A DNA stretch of 64,000 nucleotides from an uncultured cyanobacterium (GCA_963719515.1 CAVRCJ010000011.1:32001-96000), one strand, 5' to 3'. Positions 1 through 8,988 are shown, numbered from the stretch's first letter. Translations and numbers: made by a program. The notes: a model not told the origin generated them from the sequence alone.

Positions 1-264
1 TTGAGTTTTTTGGCGAGGTGGAAGTTAGTGCGGGTGAGGGTCGCCCCCGTGAAGCTAGCGTTTTTGAGGGTAGCACCCGTAAAGTCGGCGTCGGTGAGGT
101 TGGCGTTGTGGAAGCTGGTGCCACCCAGGGAGCCGAACCAGACGGCAGCGTCGCGGATGAGGCGATCGCGGGGGTCGCCGTTGAGGGCGCGGCGGCTGAC
201 GAGAACATAGACCCCGATTGTGATTAGGTTGAGTATGACGCTGAGAGCGATCGCCCTTGGATCA

Positions 265-378
265 GCGAAAGCGAAAGCGAAAGCGACAGCGCCAGCGAAA
301 GCGAAAGCGACCTCGATAACGACCTCGCCAACGCCAGCGAAAGCGAAAGCGAAAGCGAAAGCGAAAGCGAAAGCAAAA
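265..378. repeat. (GCGAAA)n hexamer tandem runs encoding Phe-Ala repeats
   Basis: Direct reading; longest run about 338-375. Confidence 0.9.
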
Positions 379-516
379 AGAGCTGCGCCCAGGCTAGCGA
401 GCACACCTCTGACATAGACAACAGCGACTAGAACCAAAAGAAATGTCAACCCGACTAATCCGCCAACGATATTAGTAGCAATGCCTTCACCAAAGGTAGT
501 CACCTTAGGAGCGAAT

Positions 517-640
517 CAATAGTCCGGACACTTTTCTGGACAAGTGCTGAAACCCTCGATTTCTCGTTGGCCAAGCTGCCGTGGAAGAGGCCTGAAACCC
601 GCATTCCACCGTTAGCCATCAAAAACTGTCCGGAGTGTTG
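517..640. mobile_element. 124-bp MITE with 5-bp target duplication
   Basis: Imperfect TIRs CAATAGTCCGGACACTTTT / AAAACTGTCCGGAGTGTTG; CGAAT duplicated at 512-516 and 641-645. Confidence 0.9.
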
Positions 641-1049
641 CGAATAAAGTCTGAGCAAAAATGAAGTAAAAGACATTGGCTAAAAAGCTTGCCAGCCCGA
701 CTAGCATAAGCGCCACCGAGAGCTTTACCACCAGCCACCGCCGCCGCGTCCCGGCCCTCGCCTCTTGCATCGTGGCCTGCGTCAGCGTCGCCCCATCCAG
801 CCGCACCCCCCGCAAATCCGCCCCACTCAAGTCCGCCCCCGACAGATCCGCATTCCGCAAATCCATCCCCCGCAGCAATGCCCCGCTCAAATTCACACGG
901 CGAAATTCCCGCTCGTTCTGGCGGTAGCGGCGGCGGAGTTCTTTAAGGGTGAGAGGAAGGATTGGGCATAGCGCGGGCGGCGGGCAAAAGGCTTTCGGGG
1001 CTGTTTCACGGTCGAGCTTATTATACGAGCGATCTTTCTTCCTCTTGGA

Positions 1050-1112
1050 GATCCCCGGGTTCTTTTTAGGAGGTTGGAGACGGCATCAAACGTGGAGCAG
1101 AACCCGGGGATC
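1050..1112. repeat. REP-like 14-bp perfect inverted repeat with 35-nt spacer
   Basis: GATCCCCGGGTTCT (1050-1063) / AGAACCCGGGGATC (1099-1112). Confidence 0.7.
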
Positions 1113-1255
1113 CGGAGCCGCCTACCACCCGGCGTGCCAAAAAAAATCCCAAATATTTCCCCACTACGGTTGCCACCACCGCCAATAATGCCCTATTGTC
1201 TTGAGCTAGAGCCGTGGTCCCCATGGTTCTAGTCTCCCAAAAATTCGGTCGGGCG

Positions 1256-1431
1256 GAGCTGCGGGTTGGTGCAAACAACCCGTAGCCCCTAATCCCACAA
1301 GACAGAGGTAGCTGTCTCGGTAGGACTGAGGTTGATCATAAGAGATACCCGTGTCATCCCGAGCAAAACACCGTTTTGGGGGGTGGCCGGTTTTTGGGGG
1401 ACTCCAACCCAACACATAAACGGAGTCCCTC
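1256..1431 (+). promoter_or_regulatory. Candidate structured leader RNA, copy A (three hairpins, U tract, RBS-sequestering hairpin)
   Basis: P1 1258-1286, P2 1300-1317, P3 ~1353-1387 then TTTTT; GGGACTCC/GGAGTCCC covers the GGAG; same layout at 34968-35123. Confidence 0.6.
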
Positions 1432-1782
1432 ATGTCATCTCAATTCCATCCGCTGTCCTTGGCTCAAGAGGCGGCACAGCTCGCAGTGCGGCAGCATCTC
1501 GCAGCGCAGGCTGCCCTGCAGTCGCCTCCCCCCACGGAGGCCGCACCGCACATCCCCGCCCTCATCGAGCCAGCGCCCGCGCCGGGGTGTGAGCATCTGC
1601 GTCACATCATCATCGGCTCTCCCGAAGGCGTGCAGGAAGCGATCGCCCGTCTCCATCTGCTGCATTACATCGAGCGGCACTACTGGACGCCCCTCATCAC
1701 CATTGGGGAGCAGGGCCTCCACCTCACCCCCGCCCACGGCCAGGTGCTCAGCTATCTAGTGCAGCAGCGGCCCCTCCGCTAG
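1432..1782 (+). CDS. Small cyanobacterial hypothetical protein (HIIIGSP...LHYIE...WTP family)
   Basis: ORF with RBS; C-terminal half aligns by eye with the 35255-35563 product. Confidence 0.8.
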   Translation: MSSQFHPLSLAQEAAQLAVRQHLAAQAALQSPPPTEAAPHIPALIEPAPAPGCEHLRHIIIGSPEGVQEAIARLHLLHYIERHYWTPLITIGEQGLHLTPAHGQVLSYLVQQRPLR

Positions 1783-1951
1783 CTTGCGCCTAGCGCTGCT
1801 TAACCCGCCCCTGTTGTTGCCAGTACAGTTGATGTCGGCGCAGGGGCGATAGGTGTTCTGCATTCGCTTCGCGAACGTAGTGTAGCTGCCAGCAAAAGGG
1901 CGTTTGAAAAGTGTCGAGTAAAGCCTTATGCTCTGGCTTCACCCCCCTTAG

Positions 1952-2343
1952 CTACTAGACAGGAAGCCCCGCGCTCTACCCGCTAGGGTGAGCGTCGGGA
2001 TGAGAGTCGCGCTAGCCGAAGTGCGCCCGCAAAATGATGCACAGCGGATAGTGCGCTCAGCGCTGAGGCTAGCAGTTGGTATGATAGAGATAGCAAGGTG
2101 ATACACCCCGCAAAGAGTGTGACGGGCCCGTAGGCGAAAGCTGCAAGTCACCCGTTCCTCAGTTTGCAAATGTATCTGCGACACATAGTGCGTATCCTCC
2201 CTCGCGGAGATGAAAATTCAAAACTCTGCCGTGGGGCATCAGGCGGAGTATAAACCTATCTCAGGATATGTCTCGGCAATAGCTGGGAGTCACTGAGGAA
2301 GCCCGCGCTGTACAGCTTGCTGTCAGCGTCGGGAGGATGTCAC
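1952..2343 (+). mobile_element. Non-autonomous IS200/IS605-type element A (392 bp)
   Basis: Subterminal hairpins GCCC(C)GCGCT..AGCGTCGGG at both ends in direct orientation; follows TTAG; ends in TCAC; no TSD; no transposase ORF. Confidence 0.8.
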
Positions 2344-2356
2344 TCCCCCCAGAATT

Positions 2357-2599
2357 GATACCGCTGGCGAATTTCATGTCTTGTTACATCTCGGCTATTT
2401 CCTGCCCCGGAGAAGCCCCCTTTTCTGGTATGGCCCGAAGGGCTTTAAGCCCCCAATTGAGGGGACTTCAGAGAGGTTGGAACTCCTTAAAGTCAATAGC
2501 CGCAAATAGTATGGCCACTGCTCCGGTTCCCCCAGAATTGGGGGTTAGGGGGCCTCGAAAGCGTGCAGCTCGATTACGAAATGTTTCGCCAGCGGTATC
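2357..2599. mobile_element. 243-bp MITE nested in the outer MITE
   Basis: Perfect 15-bp TIR GATACCGCTGGCGAA / TTCGCCAGCGGTATC; internal CCCCCAGAATTGGGGG palindrome. Confidence 0.75.
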
Positions 2600-2717
2600 T
2601 TGGTAAGGGGGGAAACCGCAATTCTCCCTCTTATCAAGGGGGAGATAGAAGGGGTAATGCAGAGCGTTTGCTACTTTTCAAACGCCCTCTTAACAGCGTT
2701 ATGAAACAAATCTTTAG

Positions 2718-3166
2718 CTAGTTCGTGACAGCCCCGCGCTGTATGCGCAGCATCAGCGTCGGGATGTAAGCGAGCGAGTCGAGGTGCGCCCTTGACTGGA
2801 TGCCGAAGGCGGCAATTAAGGGCAGCGCCGAGGCGAGCAAAGGGTACAATTGAACCAAGCTCAAACTATTTCATGGCGGCGGCCTGCTATCCTGACACAA
2901 ACGTACAGCCCTTGGCTGGTGAACAGTGCAAACGGTAGAAAACGTAGCTGGAAATTGAATACTCGTCACTGTCTGGGGTTGGTCATTGCCTGGACATTAA
3001 ACAAATTGCCTGTCGATGGGATCTAATCGGGGTTGCACGGCTTGCTGCGTAACTAGACAGGACCAGATGAAGCAGGAAACCTTCTTGCGCGGCATCCATT
3101 AAATTGTGGTACGTGAGCCAAGAAGCCCGCGCTCTATCTAAAAGATGAGCGTCGGGAGTATGTCAC
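2718..3166 (+). mobile_element. Non-autonomous IS200/IS605-type element B, copy 1 (449 bp)
   Basis: Same end hairpins, TTAG|...TCAC boundaries; near-identical inverted copy at 57241-57689. Confidence 0.9.
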
Positions 3167-3220
3167 CGGCCATGATCTGCGATCGCCTCCTTTAACGCAC
3201 TCCTCCCTTCTGAAATCCCC

Positions 3221-3652
3221 TCAAAGCTTCAGCTTCGCCGCCATCTCATCCAAATCTTCCCGCGTGTACTCCATCCAATCCCGCTCCCGAAACGCCACCC
3301 GCCCGTCCTCCACATAGGCCAAATGCTTGTGCATAATATCCAGCGGGTCATACTGCGGCAGCACGTGCAGATGGGCATGGGGCACCCCAAACCCATGCAC
3401 CACCATCCCCACCCGCAGCGGCTCGTACACCTCTCGAACCTTGCGGCCCACCCGCTGCGCCACCACAATAATCTTCGCCGATAGCTCATCAGTCATGTCG
3501 GTGAAATGGTCAATATGCGCCCTCGGAATTACCAGGCAAGCGCCCCTGTAAACCGGCTGTAGCGGAATGATCGCCATAATCGCGTCATCCTCGTAAACCA
3601 CGCTGGCCGGAGCCTCTCCAGCCGCGATCGCACAAAACGGGCAATTTTCCAT
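3221..3652 (-). CDS. HIT family hydrolase
   Basis: CPFC N-terminus; VPHAHLHVLP histidine triad. Confidence 0.92.
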   Translation of the reverse strand: MENCPFCAIAAGEAPASVVYEDDAIMAIIPLQPVYRGACLVIPRAHIDHFTDMTDELSAKIIVVAQRVGRKVREVYEPLRVGMVVHGFGVPHAHLHVLPQYDPLDIMHKHLAYVEDGRVAFRERDWMEYTREDLDEMAAKLKL

Positions 3653-3721
3653 AGGAGTTGCGGGGCGAAACGGTACGCCTTTATTTATAGCAACTGCCCT
3701 GACCTGTTAGGACAGTTGCGC

Positions 3722-3786
3722 GTTCAGTTGCCTACGCAACGTCGAGGCTCTAGGCAAATTGGACTGTTCTAAGCAACTGAACCAAT
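3722..3786 (+). repeat. ~65-bp dispersed IR-bounded repeat, copy 1
   Basis: GTTCAGTTGCCTA...TAAGCAACTGAAC; inverted diverged copy at 22719-22782. Confidence 0.75.
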
Positions 3787-3962
3787 GTAGTAAGCCCGGA
3801 TAAATCGGGAATGGGAACCTGTGGTCGTGAATTTATATAGGGCGATCGCTACCCGCTGTGCCGCAGTCTAGCCCCCCTATGGCTGCGGGATGCATCTGGC
3901 ATCGCCCCATGCGACTTCAAACGCCACACCAAACCACTCATCCCCCTAGGAGTAGTCATAAA

Positions 3963-5609
3963 ATGTCTTTTACAGACCATTGGCTTGGGAGTCCCAAGCC
4001 TCTCAACATCACTTCCGCGATATCAAAACTCATCAACCGGCTACGGCGGCATCCTGTAGCAGTTCGTCCCCTGCAAATGGCGCTGATCGCCCTCATCTTT
4101 GCCCTGAGCTTCACGGCCCAGGTGAATGCAGAGGAACTGCGCTACGAAGCCGTTTGGAGCTCAGGCACCGGCTCCAACATTGTCACCGAGCCGCTGACTA
4201 GAAGCGCCTTTCTTGAGCGGGGCGGGCAGCTGACCGCCGATGGCCTGCGCCTCATTGATGTCGAGACGGCGGTGCTCAACGGCGATCGCATCTACACCGG
4301 CCTCTGGGTTGGCGGTTCAGGCAGCAATTTTTTTGATGGCCCCATGTCTAGGCCGGCATTCAATCAAGTTCGACAGCAGCGACAAAGGCAGGGCCTTAGG
4401 TTAGTCGACTTTGAGGTTTTTCGCGATGGTGACGGGAACCGGCGCTTCCTCGGCGTGTGGCGCTCGGGTAGCGGCGCAGAGAGTCTGACGCTGCCCCGCA
4501 ATGAAGAAGATTTCATTGCGCTAGGCAAAGAGTTGACCTCAGAGGGTCTGAGGTTGGTCGACGTAGAAATCGAGCGCATCCAGGGCGAGCTGAGATATAA
4601 CGGGCTTTGGCGTGAGGGAACGGGCGCGAATCTGTTCACGCCCCCTCGCCGGATAGCCGCATTCCGTAACTTAAGAGACCAGATGGTGGCAGACGGCCTC
4701 GAGCTGGTCGATGTCGAGAAGGTCGGACGGGGAAGCTTGGCAGGCTATGTCGGGGTTTGGGCCTCTGGAAATGGTGAGAGCAGACTCTCTAGAGCGCGGA
4801 GCTTCAGCAGCTTTACCGACTTTGGCGAGCAGCAGACCGCCGAGGGTATGCGGACTCAGGACCTAGAAATCTTCCGCGTTGCCACCACTAGTCCGCCTCC
4901 CGGCGGCGGCAGCGGCCCCAACGGCAATGCCTCGGTGGAAGACCTGCCTGACCTACCGGCCTGGATTCAGCTCTCGGGCGATGCGAGATTGATCGTCGAC
5001 TTTGGCTCCACAATCGACGGCAACCCCCGCGTGACCCTGCCCGTCGACTTTCTACCAGACTTCTTGCCGACGAAAAATGGAGAGCAGGTGATCCCCGACA
5101 ATTTTTGCGGATTCAACGTCCGCAAAGCAGACTCTTTCTTCTGGCAAACCCAGGCCAACCAAGTGGTCACCGATTTCCCCTACAACGCGGTTGAAGAGGT
5201 GAGCGATTTAGGAAGCGACGCGTTTCTGGGCGGTCTTGAGTTCACGGGTCCTATCGGTCAATGTGCAGGGGAAAACGAACCCTGGCAGTTCTTCCAGCCG
5301 CTAACCCAAACTGGCGGAGACAGCCCTACCCCGAACCTGAAGCTGGTGGTTCAGCTGACCCAGGGATCTGAAATTGAGTTTCTCAACTTCAACATTCACG
5401 CTGGCGAGCCCCTAGACGCCCGGGAGCTGTTCAGCGACGAGGTGTTTAAGAAAATTGAGGCGATCGCTGAAGCCTTTGAGTCCCTTGGGGAAGACAACGG
5501 CTACTGCAGCATCGACAACTACGTTCAGAAGATCTGCAAAGAAGAGGAAGAAGGGGACGCGCCCGTGGGGTCTTGCCCCGTGAGTGACGACTTCTCGTCA
5601 CCGTGCTGA
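3963..5609 (+). CDS. Secreted protein with polyglycine-hydrolase-like (BTRD1-type) tandem repeats and an unknown Cys-containing C-terminal domain
   Basis: Signal-like ALIALIFALSFTAQVNA; five ~50-aa repeats GLRLxDxE...YxGxW; Pro/Gly linker; AGGAG upstream of ATG 3963. Confidence 0.75.
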   Translation: MSFTDHWLGSPKPLNITSAISKLINRLRRHPVAVRPLQMALIALIFALSFTAQVNAEELRYEAVWSSGTGSNIVTEPLTRSAFLERGGQLTADGLRLIDVETAVLNGDRIYTGLWVGGSGSNFFDGPMSRPAFNQVRQQRQRQGLRLVDFEVFRDGDGNRRFLGVWRSGSGAESLTLPRNEEDFIALGKELTSEGLRLVDVEIERIQGELRYNGLWREGTGANLFTPPRRIAAFRNLRDQMVADGLELVDVEKVGRGSLAGYVGVWASGNGESRLSRARSFSSFTDFGEQQTAEGMRTQDLEIFRVATTSPPPGGGSGPNGNASVEDLPDLPAWIQLSGDARLIVDFGSTIDGNPRVTLPVDFLPDFLPTKNGEQVIPDNFCGFNVRKADSFFWQTQANQVVTDFPYNAVEEVSDLGSDAFLGGLEFTGPIGQCAGENEPWQFFQPLTQTGGDSPTPNLKLVVQLTQGSEIEFLNFNIHAGEPLDARELFSDEVFKKIEAIAEAFESLGEDNGYCSIDNYVQKICKEEEEGDAPVGSCPVSDDFSSPC

Positions 5610-6119
5610 TGAGGCAGGCGCACCTGTTTCATCGTTTCCTGTTTCATCGTTTCCTGCTTCATCGCTCCTTGATCTAGCCCTCGGGGCTGGGGTGGCTTGA
5701 ACCTGGTCCTGCAAAAGCTGGAGCTGCCGCTGATTCGACTGGACCGACTCGGTCAGCGCCTCTAGCTCTGTGGGGATATCTTCCCGCAGGGCCTCTAGCC
5801 GCCTGTTGTGGGTTTGCAGCTGGGCTTCTATGGCCTCTAGACGCTCTTGAGCTTCTATGGCGCTGATTTCCGCCTGCTCTAGGTCGCGCTGGGCAATTTG
5901 CTCCTGCACCAGCAGGCGATAGGCCAGCCAGCCGGCCAGCCCAAACGCAATTAACACGGCAACGACCAAGCCTAGAAGCAGCGTCTGCACTAAACCGCGC
6001 GTCCGGGATAGCTTAGTCTGCAGGTGTTCGACCGTGCTCTTGAGGCTGGTGTGTCGCTCCTGCAGCGTCTCTAAAGAGAGCTGGGGGGTGCGGCTGGGAT
6101 TGGAATTAGGGGTAGCCAT
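5598..6119 (-). CDS. Hypothetical single-TM coiled-coil protein
   Basis: One hydrophobic helix flanked by heptad-rich segments. Confidence 0.75.
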   Translation of the reverse strand: MATPNSNPSRTPQLSLETLQERHTSLKSTVEHLQTKLSRTRGLVQTLLLGLVVAVLIAFGLAGWLAYRLLVQEQIAQRDLEQAEISAIEAQERLEAIEAQLQTHNRRLEALREDIPTELEALTESVQSNQRQLQLLQDQVQATPAPRARSRSDEAGNDETGNDETGAPASSAR

Positions 6120-6146
6120 GGCAGGGAAAGGTGTCTCGCGCTCAAA

Positions 6147-7253
6147 CTATAACGACATGGGCGAATCGACGTAGACCGTCGGTTCCGGGACAGCAAAGGT
6201 TAGGTTGTAGGCTCGCAGCTGCTGGGCGATCGCAGAATTCGCGAGCTCTAGCAGCCGCTTGCGCAGCTCTAAAGAGTTTTTGCTGGGGTTTGTAATAAAG
6301 AAAAAGACGCGGGTGCGGCTGCTTCCGCCTTCCGTCACATGCTGCACCCGCGTACTTGCCTTGTCAAAGCCCCAAAAGATCTGGCTTTCTCGCTCTACGA
6401 CCTGGGTCACCAAAGCCTGCTCCTCAACCTCTAACCGTCGGGTAAAGGCGAGAACCAGCATCGCCATGGTTTTCTTCCCCCGGCTAACGTTCTCGATATT
6501 TTTACTGGCCATAGTGGAGTTAGGCACAATCATCATCGTATTTTGGGCAATCAGGCGAATTTTGGTAGACCGCAGCCCCACCGCCTCCACCCGGCCGTAG
6601 ACGTCTTCCCCGTAGGGGTTAAAGTTGACGCGGATGTGCTCCCCAGAGACATAGGGGCGATCGAGGTAGAGTTCTAGGGTGCCAAACAGTCGGCTCAGGG
6701 TTTGCTGGGCCGCAAATGCCACCGCCGCCCCGCTAATGCCTAGGCCAGCCCCTAGCGCTACTAAGTTTACCCGTAGCCCGATGGCAAAAATCACAACCGC
6801 CAGAATAACAATTGCCACATAGATCAACGTCTCGAAGATCAGCACCACTTCACTCACCTCGCCAAACCAGCGGCGCACCAGAGCGATCACCGAGCGATGG
6901 ACGACCTGCCGCGCCACGCGAGAGGCCAACCAGCCCAGAGTGATGGACAGGGCCGAGTAGACGAAAAATCCCAGGAAGCTGTAGACGTCTTCGTACTTCA
7001 CCAGCAGCGTCAGGGCGATCGCCACAAACAGCAGCGCCCCGGCGACCACGATGGAGTCGCGGAAGGGACGGATAAACCGGTTATAGGTCTGGCCATCACC
7101 AATCCCCCAGCGCGCCATCAGGCTCAGCCCGTAGTGCACTAGCCTGACGAACCGCTGGCCCACAAAGGGGGAAGCCACCACCGCTACTGTAAAAATGCCG
7201 AGTCGGCTCAGCAGCTCGATGACGTATCGCCGAATTTCGGGGTCTATCTCCAC
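6147..7253 (-). CDS. MscS family mechanosensitive channel
   Basis: AVAFAAQQTL, GRVEAVGLRSTKIR, IVPNS motifs. Confidence 0.9.
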   Translation of the reverse strand: MEIDPEIRRYVIELLSRLGIFTVAVVASPFVGQRFVRLVHYGLSLMARWGIGDGQTYNRFIRPFRDSIVVAGALLFVAIALTLLVKYEDVYSFLGFFVYSALSITLGWLASRVARQVVHRSVIALVRRWFGEVSEVVLIFETLIYVAIVILAVVIFAIGLRVNLVALGAGLGISGAAVAFAAQQTLSRLFGTLELYLDRPYVSGEHIRVNFNPYGEDVYGRVEAVGLRSTKIRLIAQNTMMIVPNSTMASKNIENVSRGKKTMAMLVLAFTRRLEVEEQALVTQVVERESQIFWGFDKASTRVQHVTEGGSSRTRVFFFITNPSKNSLELRKRLLELANSAIAQQLRAYNLTFAVPEPTVYVDSPMSL

Positions 7254-7296
7254 TCGCCGCCGCTCAAGTCACTAAAGGCACCAAATCGCTGGGTCA

Positions 7297-8316
7297 TCAG
7301 ATCGTCATGGGCTGACTGACGTCAACAACGCTTTCGCTCATGTCAAATTCGACGCCGTAGTCCCGCAGCCGTCTCACCATATTCTCACGGGCCATCTCCA
7401 GTAACCCCTGGCGCAGCTCCATTGATCTCCCGGTTGCCCCCAAAATGAAGAAGGTGACTTGAGCCTGGGTGATACCCTGACCGGCACCGTCTACCGAGTC
7501 TTGGTAGGTGACCTGGGTAAGGCGATGGTCGATGCCGGCAATGTCGCTGGTGCTGCTAAAAATAAGCTGCTCAATCAGCGCTTTCTCCTCGACGTTCATG
7601 TTGCGAAAAAAGGTCAGCGTGACGATGGAAATGACCCGCCGCGCCCCCGTCATGTTTTCGACGCTGATCTGAGCCAAGTTGCTGTTAGGAATCACCACCA
7701 GCGTATTTTTTCCCGACAGACGCACCTTGGTTGAGCGCCATCCCATAGACTCTACTCGCCCGATGGTGCGGTCGGGTAAGCGAATGTAGTCGTCAATCAC
7801 GAAGGGGCGGTCGATAAATAAAACAACGCTCCACAAAATTTGCTCAATCACCTTTTGGGAGGCGAAAGCGATCGCGAACCCGCCGATGCCGAGGCTAGCG
7901 GCTAGGCCAATGAGGTTGACGCGGTGGGCCTGGGCGAAGCAAAAGATCACCACCAAGACGGCGGCGGCTTCGGCCACAAGCTTTCCCAGGGTCAGCAGCT
8001 CGCTGTTGATTTTGCGCTCGTCTCGAATGGCAATCTCTAGCAAGTAGGTGTCGAACAGCTGCGACGACAGCTCGAAGCTAAGGGCCACAACGGCGATCGC
8101 CAGCAGAAGGCTCAGGGGCAGCTCTACTACGCTTAGCCAAGCCGCGTGAGGAACAGTGAGAATAGCGAGGTCAACTGCGATCAGGCCCGTGACCCAAGCC
8201 AAGTCTATTCGGAAGGGCTTGAGTACGTCTTGGTAAAATCTATCGGCGGCGGGAGAGCTGACCCAAGTGGCGATCGCGTCGAACAGCCTTGAATAGGTTG
8301 ACAGGGGAGAAGCCAT
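7297..8316 (-). CDS. MscS family mechanosensitive channel (tandem paralog)
   Basis: AIAFASQ, DRPF, GRVESMGWRSTKVR, IPNS motifs. Confidence 0.9.
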   Translation of the reverse strand: MASPLSTYSRLFDAIATWVSSPAADRFYQDVLKPFRIDLAWVTGLIAVDLAILTVPHAAWLSVVELPLSLLLAIAVVALSFELSSQLFDTYLLEIAIRDERKINSELLTLGKLVAEAAAVLVVIFCFAQAHRVNLIGLAASLGIGGFAIAFASQKVIEQILWSVVLFIDRPFVIDDYIRLPDRTIGRVESMGWRSTKVRLSGKNTLVVIPNSNLAQISVENMTGARRVISIVTLTFFRNMNVEEKALIEQLIFSSTSDIAGIDHRLTQVTYQDSVDGAGQGITQAQVTFFILGATGRSMELRQGLLEMARENMVRRLRDYGVEFDMSESVVDVSQPMTI

Positions 8317-8442
8317 AGCGCAGGGTTAGCCAGATTGCCTTCATTCTAGGCGATCGCTTGAGACCGTATGTCTAACAGCCCGCCGCGCCTTTGGAGGAAA
8401 GACTGCTAGCTCGACGGCGCGCTAGAGGCGATGGCGGGAGGG

Positions 8443-8988
8443 CTACCCCACTCGCCGCGCCTCAGCGCCAAGGCTGCTCTCTTGCTCTAGCTCCCGCAGC
8501 AGCAGGGCGATCGCTTTCCCCGATACCGGCTCTACCCAGTCCGGCGCAATCTCCGCTAAGGGAACCAGCACAAACGCCCGCTCAGCCATTCGGGGGTGGG
8601 GCACCTGCAGCTCAGGCTGGTCAATCACCAAATGGTCATACAGCAGCAAATCGAGATCCAGGGTCCGCGGCCCCCAACGCTCGCGCCGCTGCCGCCCAAA
8701 CTGCTGCTCAGTGGTCAACATCTGCCCCAGCAGCTCAAATGCGGACAGCCTCGTCTCTAGGACCGCGCAGGCGTTGAGATAATCGGGCTGAGGCGGACCA
8801 ACGGCGGCGGTTTGGTAGGCGCTAGACCGGCAGCGTACGGCCACGTCGGGGTGCGAATTTAGCGCCTCAAGAGCACCCGTCAACGTGGCCTGCGAGTCCC
8901 CCAAATTGCTGCCCAGGGCGATCGCGGCCCGGTGAAGGGGGTGCTCAGGCGCTGGTCGCTTAGACCGCAGGGGCTCAGGGACTACCAC
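8443..8988 (-). CDS. folK: 2-amino-4-hydroxy-6-hydroxymethyldihydropteridine diphosphokinase
   Basis: IALGSNLG, WGPRTLDLDLL, PHPRMAERAFVL; start placed at GTG 8988 (uncertain). Confidence 0.93.
   Translation of the reverse strand: MVVPEPLRSKRPAPEHPLHRAAIALGSNLGDSQATLTGALEALNSHPDVAVRCRSSAYQTAAVGPPQPDYLNACAVLETRLSAFELLGQMLTTEQQFGRQRRERWGPRTLDLDLLLYDHLVIDQPELQVPHPRMAERAFVLVPLAEIAPDWVEPVSGKAIALLLRELEQESSLGAEARRVG

Larger units (their letters stand above)
1..969 (-). pseudogene. Pentapeptide-repeat membrane protein, interrupted by a MITE and apparently frameshifted near the start; runs off the window edge
   Basis: A(D/N)LxG repeats at 612-896. Removing 517-645 joins ...FAQTLFA|PKVTTFGEG... into one open frame to position 1 (TM segment, then GGTSFHNANLTDADFTGATL). 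ATG at 969 is 1 nt out of frame. Confidence 0.85.
1897..2688. mobile_element. Outer MITE (IS5-like ends) carrying two nested insertions
   Basis: Perfect 16-bp IR AGGGCGTTTGAAAAGT (1897-1912) / ACTTTTCAAACGCCCT (2673-2688); family assignment from recollection of end sequences. Confidence 0.75.

Noticed and set aside
220..421. AKAKAK and SLSLSL ORFs in the track
   Set aside because: Alternative frames of the hexamer repeat; the real frame is the Phe-Ala pentapeptide gene.
1952..3166. Group I intron (IStron) or IscB/HEARO RNA
   Set aside because: No recognisable P7 core or HEARO motifs, and the elements are not inside ORFs; only an Infernal scan could exclude it fully.
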